DNA of 64,000 nt. Origin: the human T2T-CHM13v2.0 reference genome, Homo sapiens. The position numbers were made by a program, and so were the translations under genes. Positions 50,160 to 64,000 of the stretch are shown piece by piece. The notes under the pieces are model-generated. The model saw only the letters and a program-made list of their open reading frames with translations. It ran no database searches and was not told where the DNA came from. How positions within the stretch are numbered: the first letter of the stretch is position 1; the number at the start of each line of letters is the position of its first letter. The stretch lies in the NCBI RefSeq assembly GCF_009914755.1, contig NC_060927.1. One strand, given 5' to 3'.

Positions 50160-50790
50160 TGCTTTTAAAATTAAATTTGTTTACATACTTGAAAAGTTAA
50201 TTTTATTATATATTTTATTTACTTATTGAAGTGAAAAATGTGCAAAAGGTTATCTGTGATGACTCCCTCTCACCTCTACCCCAGTCATTTCATTCTTTTC
50301 CCTGGAGGGTATTAGGTTTTGAGGTTTTAAAAAACATTCTTTTAGTGATATTTCATGCATTTTTTATAAAAATGGATTCATATAATATACAGTGTTCTGG
50401 TCCTTGCTTTTTTTTTCATTTGACAGTATAACTTTCAGACCTTGCCGTATCTATTTCCTGACTTGTTTCTTATGGCCCCAGAAAATTCTTTTATATGGAT
50501 GCAACATTTGCTAGTCTCTTGGTAATGGGTATTACAATTTTCTCTGATCTTTTGCTAGTACTAAAAAAGAATGCTGAAATTAACATATATATGTATGCAT
50601 ATATATATGTATGCATATAAAATTTGAAAATGGATTTTTAAAAATGTCTGAAAGTTTTAACAATAAACAAGGACTACCTCCATGGGAGTGGGGAGCTGGA
50701 TGTGCCAGGTAAGATTTTACTGTTTATTTCATGCACTGTTTTGATGGTCTAAATTTTTTTATTGAGGTTTTAGTACTTTGAATTTTTTGA
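50160..50790. mobile_element. L1ME-type fragments
   Basis: cttgctttttttttcatttgaca...ttctttatatggatg; aacaaggactacctccatgggagtggg...gattttactgttt. Confidence 0.45.
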
Positions 50791-50796
50791 AAATGA

Positions 50797-51090
<294 letters not shown>

Positions 51091-51102
51091 TGAATTTTAA
51101 AA

Positions 51103-51792
51103 TTATAAATTAGTACAGCCATTATGGAAAAAGAGTATGGAGGTTCCTCAAATAATTAAAAATAGATCTACCAGATGATCCAGCAATCTCCTACTTGGTA
51201 TATATCCAAAGGAAATGAAATCAGTCTGTCGAAGAGATATCTGTATTCACATGTTCACTGCAGCACTATTCATAATAGCTGAGATATGGAATCATCCAAG
51301 TGTTCATCAATAGATGAATGGATAAAGAAAACATGTACAAAATGGAATACTATTCAGCCTTAAAAAGGGAGGGAAATCCTGTCATTGGTGACAACAGCGA
51401 TGAACTTGGAGGACATCATGTTAAGTAAAATTAGCCAAGCACAGAAAGACAAATACTGCATAATCTCACTCATGTGTGGAATCCAAACAGTTGACCTCAT
51501 AGAAGGAGAGAGTAAAATAGTAGTTACCAGGGGTCAGGAGGTTGGGTGGGAAGATGTTGGTCAAAGGTCACAAAATTTCAGTTAGACAGGAGGAATGAAT
51601 TCAAGTGATCTATTGTACTCACTAAAAGAATAGATTTTAAGTGTTCTCACCACAAAGAATGATAAGTGTGTGAGGGGTTGCATGTGTTAATTAGCTCAAT
51701 TTAGCCATTCCAGAATGTATACATATTTCAAGCATCATATTGTACACAATAAATATATGCAATTTTTTGTCAACTAAAATTTTTTAAAAAAT
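51103..51792 (+). mobile_element. L1MA-type ORF2 end plus 3' UTR
   Basis: tagtacagccattatggaaaa...tccaaaggaaatgaaatcagt...gaagagatatctg...cacagaaagacaaatactgcat...gtgttctcaccacaaa. Confidence 0.9.
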
Positions 51793-52819
51793 CAATAGAT
51801 TGAAAAATTAGTGTTTTAGATTCAGAATTATGATGTGGACAGATAAATACCTTTGGGAAGCTGGCACTGGAAAGAATTTTGATGGAATGTTGCCCACTGC
51901 TAAAACCAGTTTTCCCTCCTCTGGGTGGTGCTGGTGCTGGTGATGATGCAGATAAATGTATTAGGTCATTGAGAAAAGAGGAGTTTTTGTCCTTTAGATT
52001 CTGAGTCCTAAAAGGAATAAAGCTGAAAACTTGATTCTGTTCTTTTGACTTTCAAATTCCTCAGCTGAAAGCCAAGATAACTGAAAACTGGTGGGCAAGG
52101 AGTTCTATAGCTGAAGGAATTATATACATGTAGACATTTAATATCCCTCTAACACACCATCTAGAGGCATATTTGTAAGTCCACAAGTAATCATTTCCTG
52201 TGAAAATAAAGATTAATATGTTTAAAATAATTTATCTCATTACATGTTGACATCAGACTTTTTACTGGCTCTTAATATTTCACATTGTAATGCTTGATCA
52301 GGTTGAATATTGAACATTAGCAAGTGTAGAAACATTTATGAAAAATGACATAATTTATTTTGTGAAACCAATTCCAAATACATGAAAACATGGGGTTAGA
52401 ATTAATTCATCAAGAATATCAATAAGCTGATAAAGCAGAGTCATTTTCATTTCCATCATAATCTTTAAGCTATATTCACAGAAAAATTACTTATTAAAGC
52501 AGCCATATGTGTGATTAATGGGTTGGTAGTGGTACTAATTACTCATTAGAATGCAAGGACTAAAATACCCTAGGACTCAAAAAAACATAATGATTTTTTA
52601 TTCAAAGGGTTGGCTGGGTCCCAAAGTCTCAATGGATTTGTATTTTGAGCTATAAGAACATGGTTTTGATCTAAAATGAGGGAGAAATTATTTTAGGAAG
52701 GTCTTACTTGGTACTAACATAGTGAAACCCTTCTTTTTCATATGCTTATTCAATCAAAAGTTCCCACTTTGAGATCAATAACCAGGTTACGATTTGCCTA
52801 CATGCGTTTTCAAAGTTAA

Positions 52820-53007
<188 letters not shown>

Positions 53008-54104
53008 TTTTTTCTTTTGAATGCTTGATCATCTATGGACAAACATTTCTCCATTTCCCATGAGTAATTGTATGGGTGCTGTTTTACAATGGTGGCCTAT
53101 GTGACTGTTTAAATAATAACCAAATTTTAAAATTCATAAATTCAATTGAGCATCAAATTAGCAGCATTAATCATTATTAGAATATAAGTAGTGCATGCAA
53201 GTATTTCTTACATATTAAAAATATTTTCTCCATCATTATCACTGAACACTGCAGCTTGGAGTGAGGATAGAGATTAGGTAGAATAAAACCTGCTATTAAG
53301 TAAAGATGCATCTTCTGAAACAAATCTTAAAAATAAGAAACAATTCTAAGGAAGTCAGATTATTTTATGTTTTGGATATCCCAATCACGTTAAAATTCTG
53401 AGTATCAACTACAATTTTCACATGAATAACACCACTAATTTTTATAAGCTAAAATGACAACAAGAAACTCTACCCCACGAAATATTTTCATTTTAATTAA
53501 GCACCGTAGAGATTTGCTGTGAATCACAGTGGTGTTTGCTTTTGACACTGGAGATGGAAAGGAGATCTCAATGCTTTATTTTTCATCAAAAAATAAAAAA
53601 GTCAAGAAGGATTCTAAATATATCAAAGAATAGCTTTAAAACATTAAAACACCAAGGTAACATTTTGAGATGTGAGAGAATATTATCTTGTGAGTGGTGA
53701 ATCTAGGGAAGCTTTTGTCTGTGTAGGAAAAAGAGGGTTTAGCAATTCTACAACTTCCTTTTTTCTTGGGGATAGGAGGGAAGTGTGGCAAAAGTGCCAT
53801 CACCAACAAGCAAGTAAGAAATAGCAGAATGATGTGAAGCAACTATAGGCATTAACTTGGATGCTTTGCTGCCCATAAATCTCACTCAATGTATACTTTT
53901 AAATAAGATTATTTAACACAACAGTTGAATGTGTAGCAAGCCACAGTTCATTCTCTGAAATAGGTTCCTTATAATTTTATTTATCTATTTTATTTTACTT
54001 GTATATTGGACCAGTTGGACTAAAATAATATATCCTTCTATAGGGACAGTGGGTCAAGATTTCGTTAGTAATGGAAAACTCAAACAATCCTTCTTACACA
54101 AGAA

Positions 54105-54563
54105 TGTCAACCCAAAAGACCCGCTGAAACACCTATTGGTTATGCAAAACTAAATTTGTTAAACCTACTGCAGTAACAGAGAACACACCTTACCAAAGTC
54201 TTGGTAGCATATGAAAATAAGAAATTAGATGAGGATATGTATAGGTGTTTAGAGTGTGGGCTGTGCAATTTTAGGGTGAGTCTTGCTAAAGAGGACACTG
54301 GCTGTGATGGGGCGGAGTCCATGACAGAGGAGGTCTGGGCTGCTGGATGCTGTGAGGTGAAAAGTGGGAAAGCAGCCACAGTGAGCAAGATGTTAGTCTT
54401 GCTAAGTAAGCGGTCTTAGTTTATGCTCTTATCTTCCAGGAGCAAGCCTCTAAGTTATTTTTTGTTTTTTCTTGGTATTGTTTAATGTAGGGAAAGTATG
54501 CCCCTCCCCAGAATTGTTTAACTTGGGGTCAGGCAAGGATGTTGGTCTCAGTGTTCTTTAACA
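54105..54563 (-). mobile_element. Probable old ERV-class solo LTR, family uncertain
   Basis: TG...CA bounded block of about 460 bp; aaactaaatttgttaaacctactgcagtaa...gagaacacac resembles the reverse-complemented U5 of old ERV1 LTRs. Confidence 0.5.
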
Positions 54564-54758
54564 GGGTGAGAAGGAATTATGTGGATGCCCGTCCGCCTGT
54601 AAGGTACCCCCCAGAGAAATCTGCCTGTTAGTATTCATGGCCTTATGTAATCCTCTCCCTTTGAGTGTGGGCTGGGTTTACTGGCTTCTCATGAATAGAA
54701 TAGGAAAAAAAAAATAGACTGTCACTTCTGAGATTAGGTTACAAAAAACCATGACTTT

Positions 54759-55295
<537 letters not shown>

Positions 55296-55354
55296 TCAGA
55301 GAGAGAGACTCACATGAGCCGTGCCTGAATTCTTAAGCCTTAGAAACTGTGCAA

Positions 55355-56026
55355 TGTCAATAAAGAAAAATCATGAGACAAGTCTCATTCATTTTAGGAG
55401 GTTTATTTGCCAAAGTTAAGGAAGCACATCCAAGAGACAGGTCTATGCCTTTCTCTGAAGATGATTTTGAGGGCTCCACATTTAAAGGGGAAAGGGCGGG
55501 ATATTGAGAAGTACACAATTTTCATGTAAGAGAGGTTTGAGGAAAAATATGCATTCATGCCATTGTCTGGCTCAGTGAATCTGCATTTTTTTTACATAAG
55601 ATGACATAGACAAATGGGGCAGAGGAGAAATGCAGGGAATCTGCATTTTTACATAAGATAACACAGACAAAATAGGACAGGGGAACAATCAGATATGCAT
55701 TTGTGTCAAGTGGGCCCGGGGGGTGACTGCACTTGTAAAGATAAGCTATCAGTTTACATTGGGTGAAATGTAAAATTCACCCAATGTGAAATATGAAATG
55801 CCATGGTGAAATTTTAACAGAAACACTTTGGGGTAAAGATCTGGGAGCTCACTAGGAATTTCCTTGTGGACAAAATCTGGGGAGGTGTATAGCTTTTTTC
55901 ATCTTGTAGCCATCTTATTTAGGAAGCAAAAAAAGTGGGAGGCAGGTTTGCATGACCCAGTTCCCAGCTTAACTTTTCCCTTTGGCTTCACCAGTTTGGG
56001 GTCCCAAGATTTAATTTGCTTTCACG
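55355..56026 (-). mobile_element. MER4A-family (ERV1) solo LTR
   Basis: gtttatttgccaaagttaagga...gatgattttgagggc...gacccagttcccagcttaacttttccctttggctt...ggggtcccaagattt; 4-bp TSD gcaa/gcga. Confidence 0.88.
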
Positions 56027-57954
56027 GCGATGATAGTATTTGTTATTTTAATTTACTATGTTTCTGGATAATGTGTTATACAGCAATATATAACTAATGC
56101 ATGTTGATGTCATGTTTTCAGGATGCATAAATATACTTTCTACTGAAATTTTTACTTATTTCAGAATAAGCAGATTTATTGTCCAAAATATTGGTTAATT
56201 TACTATTTTTGCATCGAAACTTGAGAGACATACTTCATATGTTTATTATGAACATTTCTTCATTCTGCTCTATAGAAACTGGCCATATTTGAAGCCGATA
56301 GTGACTATTCTGTGGAGAGATAGCTGAAGGGAATGATGTAGAATTAATGCTTCCCTGAGGAACACACTGGATTAGGACCTTGGAAAGAGCTACTCTGTAA
56401 CCTACGGAGCATTTCTCTGCAGCTTTGTCTCTTTGGCACATGGCAGGCCTGAAGTCTACTTGAGAAGAACAGATATAAACCCAACATCTGTATCAGATGC
56501 AGTTTCCCAGCCTTGGCCTCAAAGGAGGATTTCTGGACTCTCTGTTACAGTGAGTCCTGACTCTCCCTACTGCCCGTGGTTGCTCTTCCTATCACCCAAT
56601 GTCTGCTGCTTAAGGGAGTAGTTTTCTTCTCCCATCACCAACCTAGGGAAATTCAGTTCTTGGGAGGCAAACACAATTTCCCTAAGACTTTATCATTGTT
56701 TAAATTTGAAAGAAAGAAATATCAATGGTGTTCTGAAAAATTTAAAAAGGGATGTATGGTTACTAATTGGGGCTAGGAAAACTGGAGTGCAAACTCAGAG
56801 AGATACAGCTTCCTTGCTTATAGGGGTAATTGTGAATGGATGATTGCCAGCATTGTCCTGGAAAATTTCAAGATATATAGAGTTTCTCTGAGCCACTGTT
56901 AACAAGCTAATAAATTCAACTGTTTCTGGTGGAGGTGAGAAAGAGACAAGGACAGCCAAAATACTTTCGGGTTCTGCATGTTTCCCAGTTGGCTTTGGCC
57001 TTAGATTTGGATTTGCATAGAGCAGAAGCTAAATTCCATTTCTTCCATATATTCAACTTATTTTGGGCCATACATATCTACTTCGATTGTCTGCTTTTTG
57101 GTTACTGAATTTTATAAGCTCTCCTCCATTACTATTTTTCTTTCCTGGTCTACCAACTTTTGTGCCCATTAGTTACTCATCTGCGCTCCCCGCCCCACCC
57201 CCGCTCAAGTTTTGCGACATCTCTGAACATGTTGAACAGGGAAAAAGAAATTGGTTGACTATCTATAGATAAATATGCATAGAGCGGGTGCTGTGCAAAT
57301 AACTTTGCCATGGATTAACCCATCTGCCCTCACCATAGCCACATCCTTCAGGATAGACTCATCTTACCGTCACCCCGATAAGCTGTGTGCCTTGTTTTTT
57401 CTAGTCTCTGAGCCTTATTTCCCTTATCTGCAGTTTCTTCTGCCAACTTGAAAGCATAACAAATCTGCAATTCACACTGAGAGTCTTTCCAAGTCATTGC
57501 TAAAGTCTTTATTTATCAAAGCCAGTATTTTTCCCACCCTGTTTATATTTTCTAACTTTTAATAGTCTTTACTCACAAATGGGTCTCAACGTCTATTCAC
57601 GTAGGCTGTTGCTAAGTTGGCTGCAAAATTGGCTTCAGAAAAGCTTCAAGGGCCCCAAATGTCTGCATTCCCATATTGTTCTGTTTGTAGCTGAAGCATC
57701 AAAGGCCTCTGTCTGAATCATTAGAAGGCAAAGATAGTGAGCCTTTACTAGCCTACAGCCTGGTGTAGATGACTCTCCCGGGTAATCCAGAAAATCTAAC
57801 CAATTTTCTGGGAAGCTGGATTCAAGATGAGGGGATTCAAGGGGGCAGAGTGTACTTAGAACCTCGGATATGGAATAGGCAAAGCATTGTGAATGAAGGT
57901 TGGCAATGGAAGGCACCAAGGTAAGTCAGAGTTCTAATCAAAAGGCCACACAAG

Positions 57955-58125
57955 AGTGCAATGGTTCCCAAATGAACTGTACGTTGAAATCACCTGGGAA
58001 TCTTTTAAACAATACTGAAGGTTGCTTCTATTCCAGACATTCTGATTTAATTTTCTGGAGTGTGACCTGGCATAATTATTTTTAAAAATTCATCAGTTCT
58101 AATGTACAGAAAAATTTGAGAACCA
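57955..58125. mobile_element. MER5-family element
   Basis: aatcacctgggaatcttttaaa...ttctgatttaatt...tttgagaacca. Confidence 0.65.
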
Positions 58126-58370
58126 ATGGAGTAATGGTTCAAGGCTTGCACTTTGAATCTAGACAGATCTTAGTTTCAATCCCGGCTTTACCACTAGACC
58201 ACATGACTTTGGGCAAGTTATTTGACCCCTCTGAGCTCCAGGTCTTTTTGCAAATCAGAGATAAAAATAGTACCTGGCACTTAGGGTTATTATTAATAAT
58301 ACTAAATATATGCTTAGCGCAGTGCCTAGCACACAGTAAGTACTCAGAAGACACTAACCAATATTATTTA
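58126..58370 (+). mobile_element. MIR, near full length
   Basis: gcactttgaatctagacaga...tgactttgggcaagttatttgacccctctgagc...gcttagcgcagtgcctagcacacagtaagtactca. Confidence 0.85.
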
Positions 58371-58517
58371 ATACTAGTACCAGAGTTTCAATGTTAGAAG
58401 AAGGCTTGACAGTGGTCAAGGTATACTTAATAACCAAGACACCATGGGGTGGAGAAAAACATAGCTTCTCACTAGCCCTGCCTCCAGCAATCAGGCAGTG
58501 GGAATAATAGAGAAAGC

Positions 58518-58518
<1 letters not shown>

Positions 58519-58564
<46 letters not shown>
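58519..58564. repeat. (TG)23 microsatellite
   Basis: Perfect dinucleotide repeat, read directly. Confidence 0.97.
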
Positions 58565-58569
<5 letters not shown>

Positions 58570-60744
58570 CCCCAGGGATTCTGCCTTGCAGGATCTCATC
58601 AATCAACCCATTTGACTTATTACCATTATGTATAATTTTGAGGTTTGTGTCAAAGGAACAGGTTTGTCGTGGTTGCTCTAATTATGGGGAAATCATGTGT
58701 AATACATATTACACATGTATTTTTATGGCAGGTCTTTTACGAAACAGGCTTAGTTTCTAATAATTTTACAAAGGAAGATGGGGGTGGTTTAAAGCTTAAC
58801 TGGAACAATTTTAAATGCATGTTGGACTGAAGACTTATGGATTCAGATGTTTCAAATCTGTGTTGAAAACTGCTGAGAATATACTCAGAATCTTCAGGAT
58901 TTAATTCACACATAGATGTGTATATTTTACATTCACATTATCCTTTATTTTATTTTTAACTAGAGTTAAGCATAATTTTACAGATATTCATATTGTTAGC
59001 AGATGGCTGCATTCACACTAATAAACAGCATTTTAAAATTTAATTTTTTTTTGAGATAATTGTGATTATCTCAAAATACAGATTCATATGCAGTTGGAAG
59101 AAATATCACATACCCTTTACCTAACATATTTCAAAACTATATAGTACAATATCACAACCGGGATTTGGATATTGATACAGTCAAAGACAACATTTCTGTC
59201 ACTTCAGTGTTCTTCATGTTGACCTTTTATAGCCATGCCAACCTCCCTTCCACCCCCTCCTTAACCCCTGGCAAACATTAAATTTTTTGTTTTCCGTTTC
59301 TATAATTTTGTCATTTTCAGAATATTCTATAAATGGAATCATATAGTAACTAACCTTTTGTGATTGACTTTTATCATCATGCATAATTTGGTATCTAGGT
59401 AATACTAGCTTCATAAAATGAATTGGGATATATTCTCTACTCTTCTATTTTCTGGAAGAGATTTTGTATAGACTCAGTGTAAATTCTTCTTTAAACATAT
59501 GGTAGAATTCTCCAATGTAATGATCTAGGCCTGGAGATTTCTTTTTCTTGGAGTTTTAAAATTACAATTCAATTTTCATAATAGCTTTATGGCTATTCAA
59601 ATGATCTACTTCATATTGGATATTGGGTGAGTTGTGGGAGTTTATGTTTTTTTTAAGAACATGTCCATTTTATATAAATTGTCAAATTTATGTGTGTAGA
59701 GTTGTTCATAGAGTTTTCTTATTATGCTTTTGATGTCTGCAGGATCTGTAGTGATATCCCCTATTTTGTTCTTGATATTGGTAATTGGTGTCTTCTCTCT
59801 CTCTCTCTCTCTCTCTGTCTCTTTTTGGTCAGTCTTATTAAGGTTTGTCAATCATATCGATCCTTTGAAAGAACCAGGTTTTTGTTTCATTGATTTTCTT
59901 CATTGTTAGCTTGTTTTCAATTTCATTAATTGCTGCTTTCATCTTTCTTATTTCTTTCCTCCTATTTGCTTTGTATTTATTTTGCTCTTTCTTGGTTGTT
60001 GAGGTAGGAGCTTAGATTCGGGATGAGCATTTCCTCTCTCTAATGCTTGCATTTAATGCTTTAAACTTCCCACTCAGTATGTCTTTAGCTGTGTCCCACA
60101 CATTTTGATATGTTGTATTTTCATTTTCATTTAGTTCAATGTATTTTTTAAACTTCCCTGAGACTTCCTCTTTACACATGAATTATTTGGAATTGTGTTG
60201 TTTAGCTTCCAACTGCTTAGGGATTTTCCTGTTATCTTTCTGTTATTAACTTCTAGTTTGATTTCACTGTGGTTGGAAAACATTCTGTATGCTTTCAATT
60301 TTTTTTTAATTTGTTGATGTTTGTTTAATGGCTGAGGATATGGTCCATTTTTGTATACGTTTTGTAGATACTTGAAAAGATTATGTATTCTGCTCTTGTT
60401 AGGTGGAGTGTTCTGTAAATGTTGATTAGATTCTGTTTGTTGATGGTGTTGTTGAGTTCTATATCCCGGCTGATTTTTTACCTAGTTGTCCTATCAACTG
60501 TTGAAGAAGAGTATTAAACTTTGTAACAGTAATTGTCGATTTGTCTGTTTGCCCTTTCATTCCAATTAGTTTTTGCATCTCATATTTTGCAATTTTGTTT
60601 GGTACATACTTATTTAGGATTGCTATCATTTGGCAGATTGACACTTTTGTCATTATGTAATGTCCATCCCTGTCTTTGGTAATTTTTTTTGTGTGCTGAT
60701 GTCTATGTTATATGATATAATGCAGTGACTCCTGCATTCTTTAA

Positions 60745-62205
60745 ACACTTGAGATATAATTCATGTACCATAAAATTCCTCTTTTAAAAGTATGCAGTTC
60801 AATAGTTTTAATATATTTACAAAGTTATACAACAATGACCACTGTCTAATTCCGTGATGTTTTCATCACTTCCCTTCAAAATATATCCGCTATTAGTCAT
60901 ATCCCATTTACCCATTTCTCTAGCCCCTGGCAACCACTAATTTGTTTTCTTCCTCTATCGTTTGCTTATTATAGGTATTTCATATAAATGGAATTATACA
61001 ACAGTATCCTTCTGTGTCTGGCTTCTTTAACTTAGTACAATGTTTTCAAGATTCATTTATGTAATTAGCATGAATTAATACTTCCTTCCTTCTTATGATT
61101 GAATAATATTCCATTGTATGAATACAGCATCTTTTGCTTGTTAATTTACCAGTCGATGAGCTTTTGGATTGATTCTATTTTTTAACTATTTTTAATAATG
61201 TTTTTATGAACATTTGGATATAGGGATAGGTTTTCAATTCTTTTGGATATATAACCAGGTGTGGAATTGCTGGGTAATTCTGTTTAATTGCTTGAGAAAG
61301 TGTTAAACATTTTTTTTTTTTTTGAGATGGAATCTTGCTCTTGTCACCCACACTGGAATGCAGTGGCACGATCTCGGCTCACTGCACCTCCGCCTCCTGG
61401 GTCTCCTGGATTCAAGCCATTCTCCTGCCTCAGCCTCCTCAGTAGCTGGGATTACAGGCACCCACCACCACGCCCAGCTAATTTTTGTATTTTTTTAGTA
61501 AAGATGGGGTTTCACCACGTTGGCCAGGCTGGTCTCGAACTCCTAACTTTGTGGTCTGCCCGCCTTGGCCTCCCAAAGTGCTGGGATTATAGGCGTGAGC
61601 CACTGCACCCAGCCTAAACTTTTTTTTTAAGTGGCTACACCATTTTACCTTTCATTGTATGAGGATTCCAATTTCTTCACATCCTGCCAATACTTTTTAT
61701 TGTCGGTCCTTTTGATACACGCTTTCGTAGTGGGTATAAAATGGTACCTTATTGTGGCTTCGATTTTCATTTCCCGAGCATCTTTTCATGTACATATTGG
61801 TTATTTGTATAAATTTCTATCTAGCACTTTTGCCCATTTTTAAATTGGTGTTGTCTTTATATTATTAATTTATAAGAGTTCATTATATACTCTGGATATT
61901 AGACCTTTATCAGGTATATGATTTGCAAATATTTTCTTCCATTCTGTGGGTTGTCTTTTCACTTTCTTGGTACTGTTCTTTGAAGCACAATAATTTCCAA
62001 TTTTGATGTATTCCAACTTACCTATTTTCTCTTTCATTGCTGTCATATCTAAGAAACGATTGCCTAATTCAAGGTCATGAAGTTTTTCACCTATGTTTTC
62101 TTTTAAGAGTTCTATAGTTTTAGCTCTCATATTTACATCCTGATCCATTTAGAGGTTTTTTTTTAATATAAGGTGTGAGTTACAGTGTCCAATTTCATTT
62201 CTGTG
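60745..62205 (-). mobile_element. L1MB-type 3' portion nested in the L1MC
   Basis: ttgagatataattcatgtaccataaaattc 3' end; ORF 61870-62148 is the L1 ORF2 C-terminal region (KVKRQPTEWKKIFANHIPDKGLISRVY). Confidence 0.85.
61310..61614 (-). mobile_element. AluS (Sg-like)
   Basis: Full dimer with poly-T; short TSD taaac. Confidence 0.95.
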
Positions 62206-62537
62206 AATACATTTCTTTTGATTAATGCTTCCATGACATATATTTTTCTGTATTTTTACTTTAACCTACCTATCTTGTTATATTTAATGCAAATTTCTTG
62301 TAGACAGCATGGATTCTATTCCTTTATTTGCTGTATTTAGACCATTTACATTTAATGAAATTGTTGATATGTTAGGGCTTAAGCCTGCCATTTTATTTTC
62401 TGTTTTCCGTTTATTCTCTCTGATTTTTCTGATTTCATTTTGTTTCTCTGGTTTGTTTTTCTTTCTGTCATCCTGTGGGTTGCTTGAACATTTTCTAGAT
62501 TTCATTTTCTAGAATTTGGTTTATCTATAGTGTATCC

Positions 62538-62832
62538 TTTTATTTTTTGAGTCAGAGTCTCACTCTGTCACTCAGGCTGGAGTGGAGTGGCATGATCTCA
62601 GCTCACCGCAACCTCTGCCTCCTGGGTTCAAGTGATTCTTAAGCCTCAGCCTCCTGAGTAGCTGGGATTACAGGCATGTGCCACCACACCTAGCTAATTT
62701 TTTTGTATTTTTAGTAGAGACAGGGTTTCACCATGTTGATAAGGCTGGTCTTGAACTCCTGACCTTAAGTGATCCACCCACCTTGGCCTCCGAAAGTGCT
62801 GAGATTACAGGCGTGAGCCACTGCGCCTGGCC
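62538..62832 (-). mobile_element. AluS (Sz/Sx-like) with TSD
   Basis: Full dimer; TSD tatctatagtgt at 62522-62533 and 62833-62844. Confidence 0.95.
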
Positions 62833-62964
62833 TATCTATAGTGTTTCTGAGGATATCTCTTTTTATAGTGTTTTAGTGATTGCTCTATGTATTATATGTA
62901 CACAGCCTAGCATAGTCTACTGACGTCATTTTACCAGTTTGAATAAATTATAGAAAATTTGTCT

Positions 62965-63116
62965 TTCTTTATTTTTATTTTGTTTTCTTTATTTTTATTT
63001 ATTTATTTATTTTTTTATGTTGCCCAGGTTGATCTCAAACTCCTAGACTCAAGTGATCCTCCCACCTTGGCCTCCCAAAAGTATTGTGATTAAGGCTTGA
63101 GTCACTGCTCCCAGCC
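62965..63116 (-). mobile_element. FLAM / Alu left-arm fragment
   Basis: T-rich tail, atgttgcccaggttgatctcaaactcc...ccttggcctcccaaaa. Confidence 0.85.
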
Positions 63117-63659
63117 AAGTTTCTTTACCCTTTCTCTTTTATAATTGTTTTAAATATTTTCTGTGCACACATTTAATATCACATCAGATAATGTTATAAT
63201 TTTTGTTGCACTCATCAAATGTAAATGAGAAAATTGGAGAGGAGAAGGAAAGTCTATTTATTTATCTGTATTTTTGTTTGCCATACTCTTTTTTCCTGCT
63301 TGATATTCTACAGTTCCTGCTTTTGTCATTTCCTTTCTGTTTAGAGGACTTCCTTTAATCTTTCTTCTAGGGTAGGGATGCTAGAGACAAATTCTCTTAG
63401 TTTTCTTTTATCTGAGAAATGTCTTAATTTCTCCTTTATTTATGGAGGACATTTTCTCTGGATATAAAGTTCTGGTTTGGCACTTCTTTTTTTCCACACT
63501 TAAAAGACGTTGTGAGAATTCCTTTTGGCCTCCATTGTTGCTGATGAGAATGCCACTGTCATTTGGATTGTTTTTGTCTTATAGGTGTCATTTGTTTTTT
63601 GCTGCTTTCAAGATAATTACTTTGTCTTTAGTTTTCAGAAGTATGACTATGAAGTTTCT

Positions 63660-64000
63660 TGGTATTTTGGACTGAATTATCTCCACCACCACTGCTCCTC
63701 CCCCTCAAATCTATATGTTGAAGCCCAAATCCCCCAATATGATTGAATTTGGAGATAGGACCTTTAAGGAGATAATTAAGGCTAAATGAGCTCATAAGAG
63801 TGGGGCCCCAATACTATAGAACTAATGTCCTTTCAAGAAGGGGAAGAAACACCAGATCTTTCTCCCTTTCTCTCTGTCTGTGGATGTAGAGGAAAGGCCA
63901 TGTGAGGACACAGTGAGAAGGTAGCCATCTGCAAACCAGGAAGAAAGGCCTCACCAGGAACCTACCCTGCCAGCTCATTGATCTTGGACTTGTGAACCCC
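63660..64000 (+). mobile_element. MLT1A LTR (runs off the window end)
   Basis: tggactgaatt...tatgttgaagcccaaatcccc...tttggagataggacctttaagga...gccatgtgaggacacagtgagaagg...gatcttggactt. Confidence 0.88.

Larger units (their letters stand above)
59040..63660 (-). mobile_element. L1MC-type element (3' UTR joined to the 5' half of ORF2), internally deleted and carrying nested insertions
   Basis: ORF-track peptides match L1 ORF2p: MAGLSPNISTISLNVNGLN (62284-62505), ILNKYVPN...DKSTITVTKFNTLL (60459-60653), NIKNKIGDITTDPADIKSIIRKLYEQLYTHKFDNL (59642-59851); L1MC-like 3' UTR at 59040-59390. Confidence 0.88.

Noticed and set aside
57180-57205. GC-box/CACCC run as a promoter or G-quadruplex
   Set aside because: It has only three C-runs and no CpG island or other promoter context.

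Overview
This is primate (human-like) nuclear DNA, about 38-40% GC and CpG-depleted, dominated by interspersed repeats. It holds about 25 Alu/FLAM/FRAM copies, old L1 fragments (L1PB, L1MA/MB/MC/ME), many MIR and L2 relics, and about 20 solo LTRs (THE1, MST, MLT1, MLT2, LTR16/33-like, MER4A). It also holds DNA-transposon MITEs (MER2, MER3, MER5, MER20, MER33, MER58, MER102, MADE1). I see no supportable protein-coding gene, tRNA, rRNA, CpG-island promoter or CRISPR array. The only ORFs with recognisable homology are decayed L1 ORF2 pieces, and the rest are Alu/LTR-derived or random. The window looks intergenic or deep-intronic, and I cannot identify the locus. I do not find a new multi-gene system. 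The most interesting signals are: (i) repeat-free islands with homeodomain/TCF/SOX/MEIS motif clusters and retained CpGs (about 1.4-2.0, 25.4-26.0, 38.7-39.1, 40.8-41.4 and 44.9-45.6 kb), which are candidate conserved enhancers; (ii) a nearly abutting tail-to-tail inverted Alu pair; (iii) three fold-back templated insertions inside old repeats; (iv) a microhomology-deleted MADE1 carrying a miR-548-5p-type 22-mer; and (v) deep transposon nesting. Subfamily names come from my recall of consensus sequences, not from a RepeatMasker run, and boundaries of old elements are approximate.
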